From Mycobacterium tuberculosis H37Rv (GTDB lineage: Bacteria; Actinomycetota; Actinomycetes; Mycobacteriales; Mycobacteriaceae), in NCBI RefSeq assembly GCF_000195955.2, contig NC_000962.3, positions 270,001-302,000 of the forward strand: DNA of 32,000 nucleotides. The letters are read 5' to 3'. The translations under genes were made by a program, and so were the position numbers. The notes below the pieces were generated by a model, which was given only the letters and a program-made list of their open reading frames with translations, had not been told where the DNA came from and searched no databases. Positions 17,186-25,798 of the stretch are shown one piece after another; positions within the stretch are counted from its first letter, which is position 1; each line of letters begins with the position of its first letter.

Positions 17186-18352
17186 ATGGCTTTTCCACGC
17201 ACACTGGCGATACTCGCTGCGGCAGCAGCGTTGGTGGTGGCCTGCAGCCATGGCGGCACACCCACCGGATCGTCGACGACCTCCGGCGCGTCGCCCGCAA
17301 CTCCGGTAGCCGTTCCCGTGCCCCGGAGCTGCGCCGAGCCGGCGGGGATCCCGGCGCTGCTGTCCCCCCGTGACAAGCTGGCCCAGCTGCTGGTGGTCGG
17401 CGTGCGAGATGCTGCGGACGCCCAAGCCGTGGTCACCAACTACCACGTCGGCGGCATCCTCATCGGCAGCGACACCGACCTGACGATTTTTGACGGCGCG
17501 CTGGCCGAGATCGTTGCCGGCGGGGGTCCGCTGCCGCTGGCGGTGAGTGTCGACGAGGAAGGCGGGCGGGTGTCCCGGTTGAGGTCGCTGATCGGCGGTA
17601 CGGGGCCGTCGGCCCGCGAACTGGCACAAACCCGAACCGTCCAGCAGGTGCGCGACTTGGCTCGAGACCGCGGCCGGCAGATGAGAAAGCTGGGTATCAC
17701 CATCGACTTCGCCCCGGTGGTCGACGTCACCGACGCCCCGGATGACACGGTGATCGGGGACCGGTCGTTCGGCTCGGATCCGGCTACGGTCACCGCGTAT
17801 GCCGGGGCGTACGCGCAGGGTCTGCGCGATGCCGGGGTGCTGCCGGTGCTCAAGCATTTCCCCGGTCACGGGCGTGGCTCGGGTGATTCGCACAACGGGG
17901 GTGTCACGACACCACCGCTTGATGACCTGGTGGGCGATGACCTGGTGCCCTACCGAACGCTGGTGACCCAGGCGCCGGTCGGTGTGATGGTGGGTCATCT
18001 GCAGGTTCCTGGGTTGACCGGCTCCGAGCCGGCCAGTCTGAGCAAGGCCGCGGTGAACCTGCTGCGCACCGGCACGGGATACGGCGCACCGCCGTTCGAT
18101 GGTCCAGTGTTCAGCGACGACCTCTCTGGTATGGCCGCGATCTCAGACCGGTTTGGCGTCAGCGAGGCGGTGTTGCGCACCTTGCAAGCCGGTGCCGATA
18201 TCGCACTGTGGGTTACCACCAAAGAGGTGCCCGCGGTGCTGGACCGCCTGGAACAGGCGCTGCGCGCCGGTGAATTGCCGATGTCGGCGGTCGACCGGTC
18301 GGTGGTGCGGGTGGCGACCATGAAGGGGCCCAACCCGGGGTGTGGCCGTTAG
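17186..18352 (+). CDS. lpqI: Lipoprotein LpqI, GH3 NagZ-like beta-N-acetylglucosaminidase (388 aa)
   Basis: ORF track. Lipobox LVVAC-S follows the signal sequence. The GH3 motif KHFPGHG is present. Confidence 0.95.
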   Translation: MAFPRTLAILAAAAALVVACSHGGTPTGSSTTSGASPATPVAVPVPRSCAEPAGIPALLSPRDKLAQLLVVGVRDAADAQAVVTNYHVGGILIGSDTDLTIFDGALAEIVAGGGPLPLAVSVDEEGGRVSRLRSLIGGTGPSARELAQTRTVQQVRDLARDRGRQMRKLGITIDFAPVVDVTDAPDDTVIGDRSFGSDPATVTAYAGAYAQGLRDAGVLPVLKHFPGHGRGSGDSHNGGVTTPPLDDLVGDDLVPYRTLVTQAPVGVMVGHLQVPGLTGSEPASLSKAAVNLLRTGTGYGAPPFDGPVFSDDLSGMAAISDRFGVSEAVLRTLQAGADIALWVTTKEVPAVLDRLEQALRAGELPMSAVDRSVVRVATMKGPNPGCGR

Positions 18353-18376
18353 CGATGTGCGGCTGGCGCCCCACTG

Positions 18377-18392
18377 CTTACCGTAGGGTTAG
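18377..18392 (+). promoter_or_regulatory. Imperfect 6-4-6 palindrome upstream of the TetR gene at 18428; candidate operator
   Basis: CTTACC-GTAG-GGTTAG, with 5 of 6 arm positions complementary. It lies 36 nt before ATG 18428. The architecture and left half-site match the perfect palindrome at 22096-22111. Confidence 0.4.
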
Positions 18393-18427
18393 ATAGACGG
18401 GCTACAGGGGCCCAAAAGGGGCTGGCG

Positions 18428-19042
18428 ATGGCAGGTGGTACCAAGCGACTACCGCGTGCTGTCCGAGAGCAGCAGATGCTCGATGCCGCCGTGCAGATGT
18501 TCTCGGTTAACGGCTACCACGAGACCTCGATGGACGCGATCGCTGCCGAGGCGCAGATCTCCAAGCCGATGCTGTACCTGTACTACGGCTCCAAGGAAGA
18601 CCTGTTCGGCGCCTGCCTGAACCGTGAGATGAGCCGGTTCATCGACGCGTTGCGTTCCAGCATCAACTTCGACCAGAGCCCGAAAGACTTGCTGCGCAAC
18701 ACCATCGTGTCGTTCCTACGCTATATCGATGCCAACCGGGCGTCGTGGATCGTGATGTACACCCAGGCCACCAGCTCCCAAGCGTTCGCGCACACGGTGC
18801 GTGAGGGGCGCGAACAGATCGTCCAACTGGTGGCCGAGTTGGTGCGGGCCGGCACCCGCGGCCCGCTTACGGACGCCGAAATCGAGATGATGGCCGTCGC
18901 GCTGGTGGGCGCCGGCGAGGCAGTGGCCACCCGGCTCGGTATCGGTGACACCGACGTTGACGAGGCGGCCGAGATGATGATCAACCTGTTCTGGCTCGGC
19001 CTCAAGGGCGCGCCGGTGGATCGGCTCGAGACCGGGCACTGA
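18428..19042 (+). CDS. TetR-family transcriptional regulator (204 aa, Rv0238)
   Basis: ORF track. The HTH reads FSVNGYHETSMDAIAAEAQISKPMLYLYYGSKEDLF. Confidence 0.93.
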   Translation: MAGGTKRLPRAVREQQMLDAAVQMFSVNGYHETSMDAIAAEAQISKPMLYLYYGSKEDLFGACLNREMSRFIDALRSSINFDQSPKDLLRNTIVSFLRYIDANRASWIVMYTQATSSQAFAHTVREGREQIVQLVAELVRAGTRGPLTDAEIEMMAVALVGAGEAVATRLGIGDTDVDEAAEMMINLFWLGLKGAPVDRLETGH

Positions 19043-19063
19043 CCTGCGCGGTATCGGCCACTG

Positions 19064-19103
19064 AGATGTGGGTGTATTTTAGATGCAGATGTAAATTCGA
19101 TGT
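19064..19103 (+). promoter_or_regulatory. Candidate leaderless promoter with AGATGT repeats upstream of vapB24
   Basis: TAAATT (19092-19097) lies 6 nt before ATG 19104. Hexamers AGATGT (19064-19069), AGATGC (19081-19086), AGATGT (19087-19092) and cGATGT (19098-19103) are present. The stretch is AT-rich. Confidence 0.45.
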
Positions 19104-19337
19104 ATGATTCGAACGCAAGTCCAGCTCCCAGATGAGCTTTACCGGGACGCCAAGCGGGTCGCGCACGAGCACGAAATGACCCTTGCCGAGGTCGTTCGTC
19201 GCGGGCTGGAGCACATGGTGCGGATCTATCCGAGGCGCGATGCGGCGTCCGACACCTGGCAGCCGCCCACGCCGCGTCGACTCGGTCCGTTTCGTGCGTC
19301 CGAAGAAACGTGGCGCGAGCTCGCCAACGAGGCGTGA
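19104..19337 (+). CDS. vapB24: Antitoxin VapB24 (77 aa)
   Basis: ORF track. The N-terminus [36 protein letters not shown] is RHH/CopG-like. It lies 7 nt upstream of a PIN gene. Confidence 0.9.
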
Positions 19338-19344
19338 GTAGCCC

Positions 19345-19782
19345 GTGCTCTCGATCGATACGAATATCCTGCTGTACGCGCAGAACCGGGATTGCCCCGA
19401 GCATGACGCCGCCGCCGCCTTCCTCGTCGAGTGCGCTGGTCGAGCCGACGTCGCAGTCTGCGAACTCGTGCTTATGGAGCTGTATCAATTGCTGCGGAAT
19501 CCTACGGTGGTGACGCGACCGCTCGAGGGCCCCGAGGCGGCGGAAGTCTGTCAGACGTTCCGTCGCAACCGGCGGTGGGCGCTCCTCGAGAACGCTCCGG
19601 TCATGAACGAGGTGTGGGTGTTGGCGGCCACGCCTAGAATTGCTCGCCGGCGCCTATTCGATGCCCGGCTGGCACTGACCTTGCGCCATCATGGTGTCGA
19701 CGAATTCGCCACTCGAAACATCAACGGCTTCACCGACTTCGGCTTCTCACGCGTGTGGGACCCGATAACGTCGGATGGCTGA
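19345..19782 (+). CDS. vapC24: PIN-domain toxin VapC24 (145 aa)
   Basis: ORF track, GTG start. VLSIDTNILLYA carries the first PIN Asp, followed by the later acidic residues (CELVLMELY, FDARLALT). Confidence 0.92.
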   Translation: MLSIDTNILLYAQNRDCPEHDAAAAFLVECAGRADVAVCELVLMELYQLLRNPTVVTRPLEGPEAAEVCQTFRRNRRWALLENAPVMNEVWVLAATPRIARRRLFDARLALTLRHHGVDEFATRNINGFTDFGFSRVWDPITSDG

Positions 19783-19805
19783 CCACGCCGGGCCGATCCG
19801 CGTGG
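19783..19805. terminator. Small hairpin in the 29-nt gap between convergent vapC24 and htdX
   Basis: CCACGC (19783-19788) / GCGTGG (19800-19805) with an 11-nt loop. No U-tract. Confidence 0.3.
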
Positions 19806-19811
19806 CCCCGG

Positions 19812-20654
19812 CTATAGACCCCGCACGGTAGCGGTCAGGTGGGGGTATCCCTTGGCCATATTGCGCAGCGTGAGATCCCAGCCGCCATCGCCTTCGGCGA
19901 CGTAGAGTCCCGCGGTGGCCGGCAGCAGCACCGGCTTGGCGAACCGAACCGAATAGCGCACCGCGTCCGGAAAACGGGCTTCGATATTCGCCAATACCGC
20001 CGCGGCAGTGAACATCCCGTGCGCGATGACGGTGGGGAAGCCGAACAGTTTCGCCGCGATCGGGTTGGTGTGGATCGGGTTGTGATCGCCGCCGACGGCG
20101 GCATAGCGGCGGATCTTCGCCGGGGTGATCCGCAGGACCGCGGCGGGCGGGGGTAGCTTGGGCTTTTTTTGCGGCGGCGGTTTGGGTTCGCCGGACAAGC
20201 TGGTGCGTTGTTGATGCAGGAACGTCGTCACCTGGTGCCAGGCGACATCGTTGCCGACGCTGACGTTGGTCACCAGATCGACCAGCAGGCCCCTGCGGTG
20301 TTCGCGCAGATTCTCCGCGCGCACCCGCACGCCCACCGCGTCGGTGACCGCGATCGGCCGGTATTGCGTGATGTGGTTCTCGGTGTGTATCGCTCCCATT
20401 GCGGCGAACGGGAAGTCGAAGCCGGTCACCAACGACATCACCGATGGAAAAGTCAACGCGAACGGATAGGTCAACGGCACCTGGTTGCCGTAGCGCAGAC
20501 CGGTGACCGCCGCGTAGGCCGCGACGTTGGCGGGGTCGATCGGCAGCTCCTCGACGGTCACCGTCCGGTTGGGCAGCTGGTCTGTCCGGGGCACCACGGG
20601 TAGCGCCCCGGCCGCCGCGCGCAGCAGGTTCTTCAGGCCGCTGGGTTGAGTCAC
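19812..20654 (-). CDS. htdX: (3R)-hydroxyacyl-CoA dehydratase, MaoC-like double hot-dog (280 aa)
   Basis: ORF track. Hydratase-2 motif YAAVGGDHNPIHTNP. It lies 10 nt downstream of fabG4, so the two probably form an operon. Confidence 0.93.
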   Translation of the reverse strand: MTQPSGLKNLLRAAAGALPVVPRTDQLPNRTVTVEELPIDPANVAAYAAVTGLRYGNQVPLTYPFALTFPSVMSLVTGFDFPFAAMGAIHTENHITQYRPIAVTDAVGVRVRAENLREHRRGLLVDLVTNVSVGNDVAWHQVTTFLHQQRTSLSGEPKPPPQKKPKLPPPAAVLRITPAKIRRYAAVGGDHNPIHTNPIAAKLFGFPTVIAHGMFTAAAVLANIEARFPDAVRYSVRFAKPVLLPATAGLYVAEGDGGWDLTLRNMAKGYPHLTATVRGL

Positions 20655-20664
20655 TACTGTCCCC

Positions 20665-22029
20665 TCACGCGCCGATCATGGCCTGGCCGCAGACACGAAT
20701 GACGTTGCCGGTCACCGCGTTTGACGCCGGGCTGGCGAAGTAGGCGATGGCCTCGGCGACGTCGACGGGCTGCCCGCCCTGCAGCAGCGAGTTCAGCCGG
20801 CGGCCTACCTCACGGGTGGCCAGCGGGATGGCGGCCGTCATCTGGGTTTCGATGAATCCCGGTGCCACGGCGTTGATCGTGATGCCTTTCGCGGCCAGGC
20901 CGGGTGCCAGCGCCTGGGTGATGCCGATCATCCCGGCCTTGGTGGTGGCGTAGTTGGTCTGGCCGCGGTTGCCGGCGATGCCGGCGATCGACGACAGCCC
21001 GATCACCCGACCACCCTCTCCGATGCTGCCGTTGCCCACCAGACCCTCGGTGAGCCGCAACGGGGCAAGCAGATTGACAGCCAGGACGGCGTCCCAACGC
21101 GCATCGTCCATGTTGGCCAGCAGCTTGTCACGGGTGATGCCGGCGTTGTTGACCAGGATGTCGGCCTTGCCACCGTGGTGGTCGCGCAGGTGCTCGCTGA
21201 TCTTGTCGACGGCATCGTCGGCGGTGACGTCGAGCCACAGCGCGGTGCCGCCCACCTTGCTGGCGGTTTCGGCCAGGTTCTCGGCGGCGGACTCCACATC
21301 GATGGCGACCACGTGGGCGCCGTCGCGAGCGAACACCTCGGCGATGGTTGCGCCGATGCCGCGGGCCGCGCCGGTCACAATGGCGACCTTGCCGTCCAGC
21401 GGCTTCTCCCAGTCGGCCGGCGGTGTGGAATCGTCCGCCCCGACAGAGAAGACTTGGCCGTCGACGTAGGCCGACTTGGCCGACAGCAGGAATCGCATGG
21501 TCGACTCGAGGCCGGTAGCTGCGGGCTTGGCGTCCGGCGACAGGTAGACCAACGCCGTTGTCGCACCGCGGCGCAGTTCCTTGCCCAGCGAGCGGGTGAA
21601 GCCCTCCAGCGCGCGCTGCGCGATCCGCTCGTTCGTGCTGGCGGCCGCTTCGGGTGTGCCGCCAACAACCACCACGCGCCCGCAACGGCCGAGATTGCGC
21701 AGTACCGGAGTAAAGAACTCGTGCAGCCCCTTGAGCCCGGCCGGCTCTGTGATGCCGGTGGCGTCGAAGACCAGCCCGCCGAACGAGTCCGCCCAGCGCC
21801 CGCCCAGGTTGTTTCCTACCAGGTCGTAGTCCTTTTCGAGTGCCGCGCGCAGTGGTTCGACGACCCTGCCGGCCCCGCCGATCAGCAGCGACCCGGTCAG
21901 TGGCGGTTCGCCTGCTCGATAGCGGCGAAGCGTCTCGGGTTGCGGAACACCCAATTGCCTGGCCAAAAACGATCCTGGACCGGAGTTGACAACCTGCGAG
22001 AACAGATCGGACGAACGCTTGGGAGCCAC
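20665..22029 (-). CDS. fabG4: High-molecular-weight 3-oxoacyl-(ACP/CoA) reductase FabG4 (454 aa)
   Basis: ORF track. The C-terminal SDR domain has VTGAARGIG and YATTKAG (YxxxK). An N-terminal extra domain is present. Confidence 0.95.
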
Positions 22030-22095
22030 TTCAGCTGCCTTCCGTATCGTGTGGGGGTCGGGCGCGCCAATACACGTAACCGTATCGAGGACTAA

Positions 22096-22126
22096 CTTAC
22101 TTCAGAGTAAGAACAGTGGGTAGTAT
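22096..22126. promoter_or_regulatory. Perfect 16-bp palindrome plus -10-like hexamer in the fabG4/fadA2 divergent region
   Basis: CTTACT-TCAG-AGTAAG (22096-22111) has perfectly complementary arms. TAGTAT (22121-22126) lies 9 nt downstream, oriented toward fadA2. GGAGA (22161-22165) precedes GTG 22171. Confidence 0.5.
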
Positions 22127-22170
22127 GGCCCTCAACGGCCGATCCCCCGAACTGATCAACGGAGAAAACA

Positions 22171-23493
22171 GTGGCCCCTGCTGCTAAGAACACTTCACAG
22201 ACCAGGCGGCGAGTCGCCGTACTGGGCGGCAACCGCATCCCGTTCGCCAGATCGGACGGTGCCTACGCGGATGCGTCCAACCAGGACATGTTCACCGCGG
22301 CGCTGAGCGGCTTGGTGGACCGATTCGGACTCGCCGGCGAGCGGCTGGACATGGTGGTGGGCGGTGCGGTGCTCAAACACAGCCGCGACTTCAATCTAAT
22401 GCGCGAATGCGTGCTGGGCTCCGAACTCTCGCCGTACACGCCGGCGTTCGACCTGCAGCAGGCCTGCGGGACGGGCCTGCAGGCCGCGATCGCGGCCGCC
22501 GACGGCATTGCCGCCGGGCGGTATGAGGTGGCCGCCGCTGGCGGGGTGGACACCACCTCGGACCCGCCGATCGGCCTGGGCGACGACCTGCGCCGCACCC
22601 TGCTCAAGCTGCGCCGATCTAGGTCCAACGTGCAACGCCTCAAGCTGGTGGGCACGCTGCCGGCCAGCCTGGGCGTGGAGATCCCCGCCAACAGCGAGCC
22701 GCGCACCGGGCTGTCGATGGGCGAGCACGCCGCCGTCACCGCCAAGCAGATGGGCATCAAACGCGTAGACCAGGACGAGCTGGCCGCCGCCAGCCATCGC
22801 AATATGGCCGACGCCTACGACCGGGGTTTCTTCGACGACCTGGTCAGTCCGTTTTTAGGGCTGTACCGAGACGACAATCTGCGGCCTAACTCCAGCGTCG
22901 AGAAACTGGCCACGCTGCGTCCGGTCTTCGGAGTGAAGGCCGGTGACGCGACGATGACGGCCGGCAATTCGACTCCGCTGACCGACGGCGCCTCGGTGGC
23001 ATTGCTGGCCAGCGAACAGTGGGCGGAGGCACACTCGCTGGCTCCGCTGGCCTATCTCGTGGATGCCGAGACCGCCGCGGTCGACTATGTCAACGGCAAC
23101 GACGGCCTGTTGATGGCGCCGACCTACGCGGTACCCCGGCTGCTGGCCCGTAACGGGTTGAGCCTGCAGGACTTCGACTTCTACGAAATCCACGAGGCGT
23201 TTGCCTCCGTGGTGCTCGCGCATCTGGCGGCGTGGGAGTCCGAGGAGTACTGCAAGCGGCGGCTGGGCCTGGACGCCGCGCTGGGGTCGATCGATCGGTC
23301 CAAGCTCAACGTCAACGGGTCGTCGTTGGCCGCCGGGCACCCCTTCGCGGCGACCGGTGGGCGGATTTTGGCGCAGACCGCCAAGCAGCTCGCCGAGAAG
23401 AAGGCGGCGAAAAAAGGCGGCGGACCGCTGCGCGGGCTGATTTCGATCTGCGCGGCCGGCGGCCAAGGTGTGGCCGCGATTTTGGAGGCCTGA
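22171..23493 (+). CDS. fadA2: Acetyl-CoA acyltransferase / thiolase (440 aa)
   Basis: ORF track. Thiolase active-site regions: LQQACGTGLQA, NGSSLAAGHPFAATGG and ICAAGGQG. Confidence 0.95.
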   Translation: MAPAAKNTSQTRRRVAVLGGNRIPFARSDGAYADASNQDMFTAALSGLVDRFGLAGERLDMVVGGAVLKHSRDFNLMRECVLGSELSPYTPAFDLQQACGTGLQAAIAAADGIAAGRYEVAAAGGVDTTSDPPIGLGDDLRRTLLKLRRSRSNVQRLKLVGTLPASLGVEIPANSEPRTGLSMGEHAAVTAKQMGIKRVDQDELAAASHRNMADAYDRGFFDDLVSPFLGLYRDDNLRPNSSVEKLATLRPVFGVKAGDATMTAGNSTPLTDGASVALLASEQWAEAHSLAPLAYLVDAETAAVDYVNGNDGLLMAPTYAVPRLLARNGLSLQDFDFYEIHEAFASVVLAHLAAWESEEYCKRRLGLDAALGSIDRSKLNVNGSSLAAGHPFAATGGRILAQTAKQLAEKKAAKKGGGPLRGLISICAAGGQGVAAILEA

Positions 23494-23568
23494 CGCTGAC
23501 GGCTCGGTAAGTGCCTCGCGGGAAGTCCCGAGTGGCCGGTGGGCCGCCCAAAGAAATGTGTTGCGGGT

Positions 23569-23594
23569 GGTTTGCGCCCTGAGCAGATGGGTAC
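23569..23594 (+). promoter_or_regulatory. SigF-type promoter
   Basis: GGTTT (23569-23573), a 15-nt spacer, then GGGTAC (23589-23594). This matches the mycobacterial SigF consensus GGTTT-N15-17-GGGTA(T/C). Confidence 0.7.
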
Positions 23595-23603
23595 CCGATC
23601 ACT

Positions 23604-23709
23604 CGGATAGCCCCGTGTTGTTGTCTGACCCCCGACCCCGACGGCAATGCGGGGCAATCCCCTGGAAAGGGCCGCCGCTGGTGGGAGGGGACCCAGCGGC
23701 GGTCTTTTT
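23604..23709 (+). ncRNA. Small RNA of about 100 nt in the fadA2/fadE5 gap (I believe this is sRNA F6 / ncRv10243)
   Basis: It is bracketed by the SigF-type promoter (-10 ends at 23594) and a canonical stem-loop plus U-tract ending at 23709. There is no credible ORF. Internal hairpins such as GGGG-CAAT-CCCC are present. The 5' end is estimated (+/- 5 nt). Confidence 0.75.
23672..23709 (+). terminator. Canonical intrinsic terminator (GC stem plus U-tract)
   Basis: CCGCCGCTGG (23672-23681) / CCAGCGGCGG (23693-23702), 11-nt loop, followed by TCTTTTT (23703-23709). Confidence 0.8.
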
Positions 23710-23727
23710 GGGCTTGCCCCATCGTTC

Positions 23728-23788
23728 GTTGACTCTGCGTCCACCACGCAAAAGTGCGAGTAACCCGTCCGGTGGACGCAGAGTCAAC
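23728..23788 (-). terminator. 18-bp perfect-stem hairpin just downstream of the fadE5 stop
   Basis: GTTGACTCTGCGTCCACC (23728-23745) / GGTGGACGCAGAGTCAAC (23771-23788), with a 25-nt loop containing a small CGCA/TGCG sub-stem. It lies 9 nt from the fadE5 stop (23798-23800). Confidence 0.6.
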
Positions 23789-23797
23789 AGATAAGGA

Positions 23798-25633
23798 TCA
23801 GAACGCGGCCTCGTCGAGTTCCATGATGTCGTTGTCCAGCGTCTCGATCACCTCGCGGGTGCTGGTCAACAGCGGCAAGAAGTTCTTCGCGAAGAACGAC
23901 GCCACCGCGACTTTGCCTTCGTAGAAGGACCGCTCGTCGCCGGTGGCACCCGCGTCGAGTGCCGCCACCGCCACCGCGGCCTGACGCTGCAGCAACCAGC
24001 CGATGATGAGGTCACCGACGCTCATCAAGAAGCGCACCGAACCCAAGCCCACCTTGTAGAGGCTGGTGACGTCCTGCTGCGCGGCCATCAGGTAGCCGGT
24101 CAGTGCGGCCGCCATGCCCTGGACGTCGGTGAGCGCCTTGGCCAGCAGCGCGCGTTCGGTCTTCAGCCGGCCGTTGCCAGCACCGCTGTCGACGAACTCC
24201 TGGATCTGGCCTGACACGTGCGCCAACGCCACGCCCTTGTCACGGACGATTTTGCGGAAGAAGAAGTCTTGTGCCTGGATGGCGGTGGTGCCTTCGTACA
24301 GGGAGTCGATCTTGGCGTCCCGGATGTACTGCTCGATCGGATAGTCCTGCAAGAAGCCGGATCCACCCAGGGTTTGCAGGCTTTCAGTGAGCTTGGCGTA
24401 AGCCTGTTCGGAGCCCACACCCTTGACTACCGGCAACATCAGGTCGTTGACCTTGACGGCCAACTTGGCGTCCACACCGTGCACCACCTCGGCGACAGCC
24501 GCGTCCTGGAAAGTGGCGGTGTAGAGGTAGAGCGCACGCAGGCCCTCGGCGTAAGCCTTCTGGGTCATCAGCGAGCGGCGCACGTCGGGGTGATGTGTGA
24601 TCGTCACCCGGGGCGCGGTCTTGTCGGTCATCTGGGTCAGGTCGGCACCCTGCACGCGGGACTTGGCGTACTGAAGCGCGTTGAGGTAGCCGGTGGACAG
24701 CGTCGCGATGGCCTTCGTGCCGACCATCATGCGGGCCTGCTCAATGACCTCGAACATCTGCGCGATGCCGTTGTGTACCTCGCCGACCAGCCAGCCCTTG
24801 GCGGGGACGCCGTGTTGGCCGAACGCCAGTTCACAGGTCGCCGAGACCTTTAGGCCCATCTTGTGTTCGACGTTGGTGACGAACACGCCATTGCGCTCGC
24901 CGGGTTCGCCGGTTTCGACGTCGAACAGGAACTTGGGCACGAAGTACAGCGACAGGCCCTTGGTGCCGGGACCGGCGCCCTCCGGGCGAGCCAGCACCAG
25001 GTGGAAGATGTTCTCGAACAGGTCGCCGGAGTCACCCGAGGTAATGAACCGCTTGACGCCGTCGATGTGCCAGGACCCGTCGGCCTGTTGGACAGCTTTG
25101 GTTCGGGCAGCGCCCACATCGGAGCCGGCATCCGGCTCGGTGAGCACCATGGTCGATCCCCAGCCGCGTTCGGCGGCTAGGACCGCCCACTTCTTCTGCT
25201 CCTCGGTGCCGAGGTGGTAGAGGATCTGGGCGAAGCCCGCGCCGCCGGCGTACATCCATACCGCCGGATTGGCGCCCAAGATGTGCTCATGCAGCGCCCA
25301 GACCACTGCCTTGGGCATCGGCATGCCCCCGAGTGCCTCGTCGATGCCGACCTTGTCCCAACCGGCTTCCAGCATCGCGTTGACTGACTTTTTGAACGAT
25401 TCCGGCAGCATCACCGAGTGGGTTTTCGGGTCGAAAACGGGCGGGTTGCGGTCCCCTTCGACGAACGACTCGGCCACCGGCCCCTCGGCCAGCCGGCTGA
25501 CCTCGGCCAGCATGTCGCGGGCGGTGTCGACGTCGACGTCGCTGAATTCGCCATGGCCCAAAGCTTTGTCGACGCCCAGCACTTCGAACAGGTTAAAAAC
25601 CTGGTCACGGACGTTGCTCCGGTAGTGGCTCAC
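23798..25633 (-). CDS. fadE5: Acyl-CoA dehydrogenase FadE5 (611 aa)
   Basis: ORF track 23798..25720. GTG 25633 ([20 protein letters not shown]...) is preceded by GAGGAGGA with a 6-nt spacer. The 29 upstream codons are non-homologous. Confidence 0.95.
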   Translation of the reverse strand: MSHYRSNVRDQVFNLFEVLGVDKALGHGEFSDVDVDTARDMLAEVSRLAEGPVAESFVEGDRNPPVFDPKTHSVMLPESFKKSVNAMLEAGWDKVGIDEALGGMPMPKAVVWALHEHILGANPAVWMYAGGAGFAQILYHLGTEEQKKWAVLAAERGWGSTMVLTEPDAGSDVGAARTKAVQQADGSWHIDGVKRFITSGDSGDLFENIFHLVLARPEGAGPGTKGLSLYFVPKFLFDVETGEPGERNGVFVTNVEHKMGLKVSATCELAFGQHGVPAKGWLVGEVHNGIAQMFEVIEQARMMVGTKAIATLSTGYLNALQYAKSRVQGADLTQMTDKTAPRVTITHHPDVRRSLMTQKAYAEGLRALYLYTATFQDAAVAEVVHGVDAKLAVKVNDLMLPVVKGVGSEQAYAKLTESLQTLGGSGFLQDYPIEQYIRDAKIDSLYEGTTAIQAQDFFFRKIVRDKGVALAHVSGQIQEFVDSGAGNGRLKTERALLAKALTDVQGMAAALTGYLMAAQQDVTSLYKVGLGSVRFLMSVGDLIIGWLLQRQAAVAVAALDAGATGDERSFYEGKVAVASFFAKNFLPLLTSTREVIETLDNDIMELDEAAF

Positions 25634-25665
25634 TGCCGATCCTCCTCGTTGAGAGTGCCACCTCA

Positions 25666-25685
25666 GGGTTGGGTAGGGTTGGGTA
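25666..25685. repeat. Exact tandem 10-mer, two copies, in the fadE5 leader
   Basis: GGGTTGGGTA GGGTTGGGTA, which reads TACCCAACCC twice in the fadE5 sense. It lies 33-52 nt upstream of GTG 25633. A third, related copy (GGTTGGGTTA) is at 25788-25797. Confidence 0.85.
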
Positions 25686-25696
25686 CTCGAAACCAA

Positions 25697-25798
25697 GTTA
25701 CCCACCAGTAACACCGTCAAAATATATCCGTTGCATAGGTCAATGCAAGTTGATGTGAGCTACATTGCACCAACTAACTAACCAACCGGTTGGGTTAG
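25697..25798. promoter_or_regulatory. Cluster of three inverted repeats upstream of fadE5 (candidate operators and promoter)
   Basis: GTTAC-N6-GTAAC (25697-25712). TTGCAT-N6-ATGCAA (25731-25748). CTAACC-AACCGGTTG-GGTTAG (25778-25798, core AACCGGTT). The region is locally AT-rich. Confidence 0.45.

Noticed and set aside
17072-17998. Upstream 309 codons of the 366-aa minus-strand ORF 16898..17998
   Set aside because: Only the last 57 codons (MNRIVAPAAAS...) look like a real small membrane protein. The rest is antisense to lpqI and is Arg/Gly/His-rich nonsense.
25784-25791. AACCGGTT core upstream of fadE5 as a possible KstR-type (TnnAACnnGTTnnA) operator
   Set aside because: The flanking positions do not fit: A replaces the 5' T and G replaces the 3' A of the motif as I remember it. 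I report it only as a generic palindrome.
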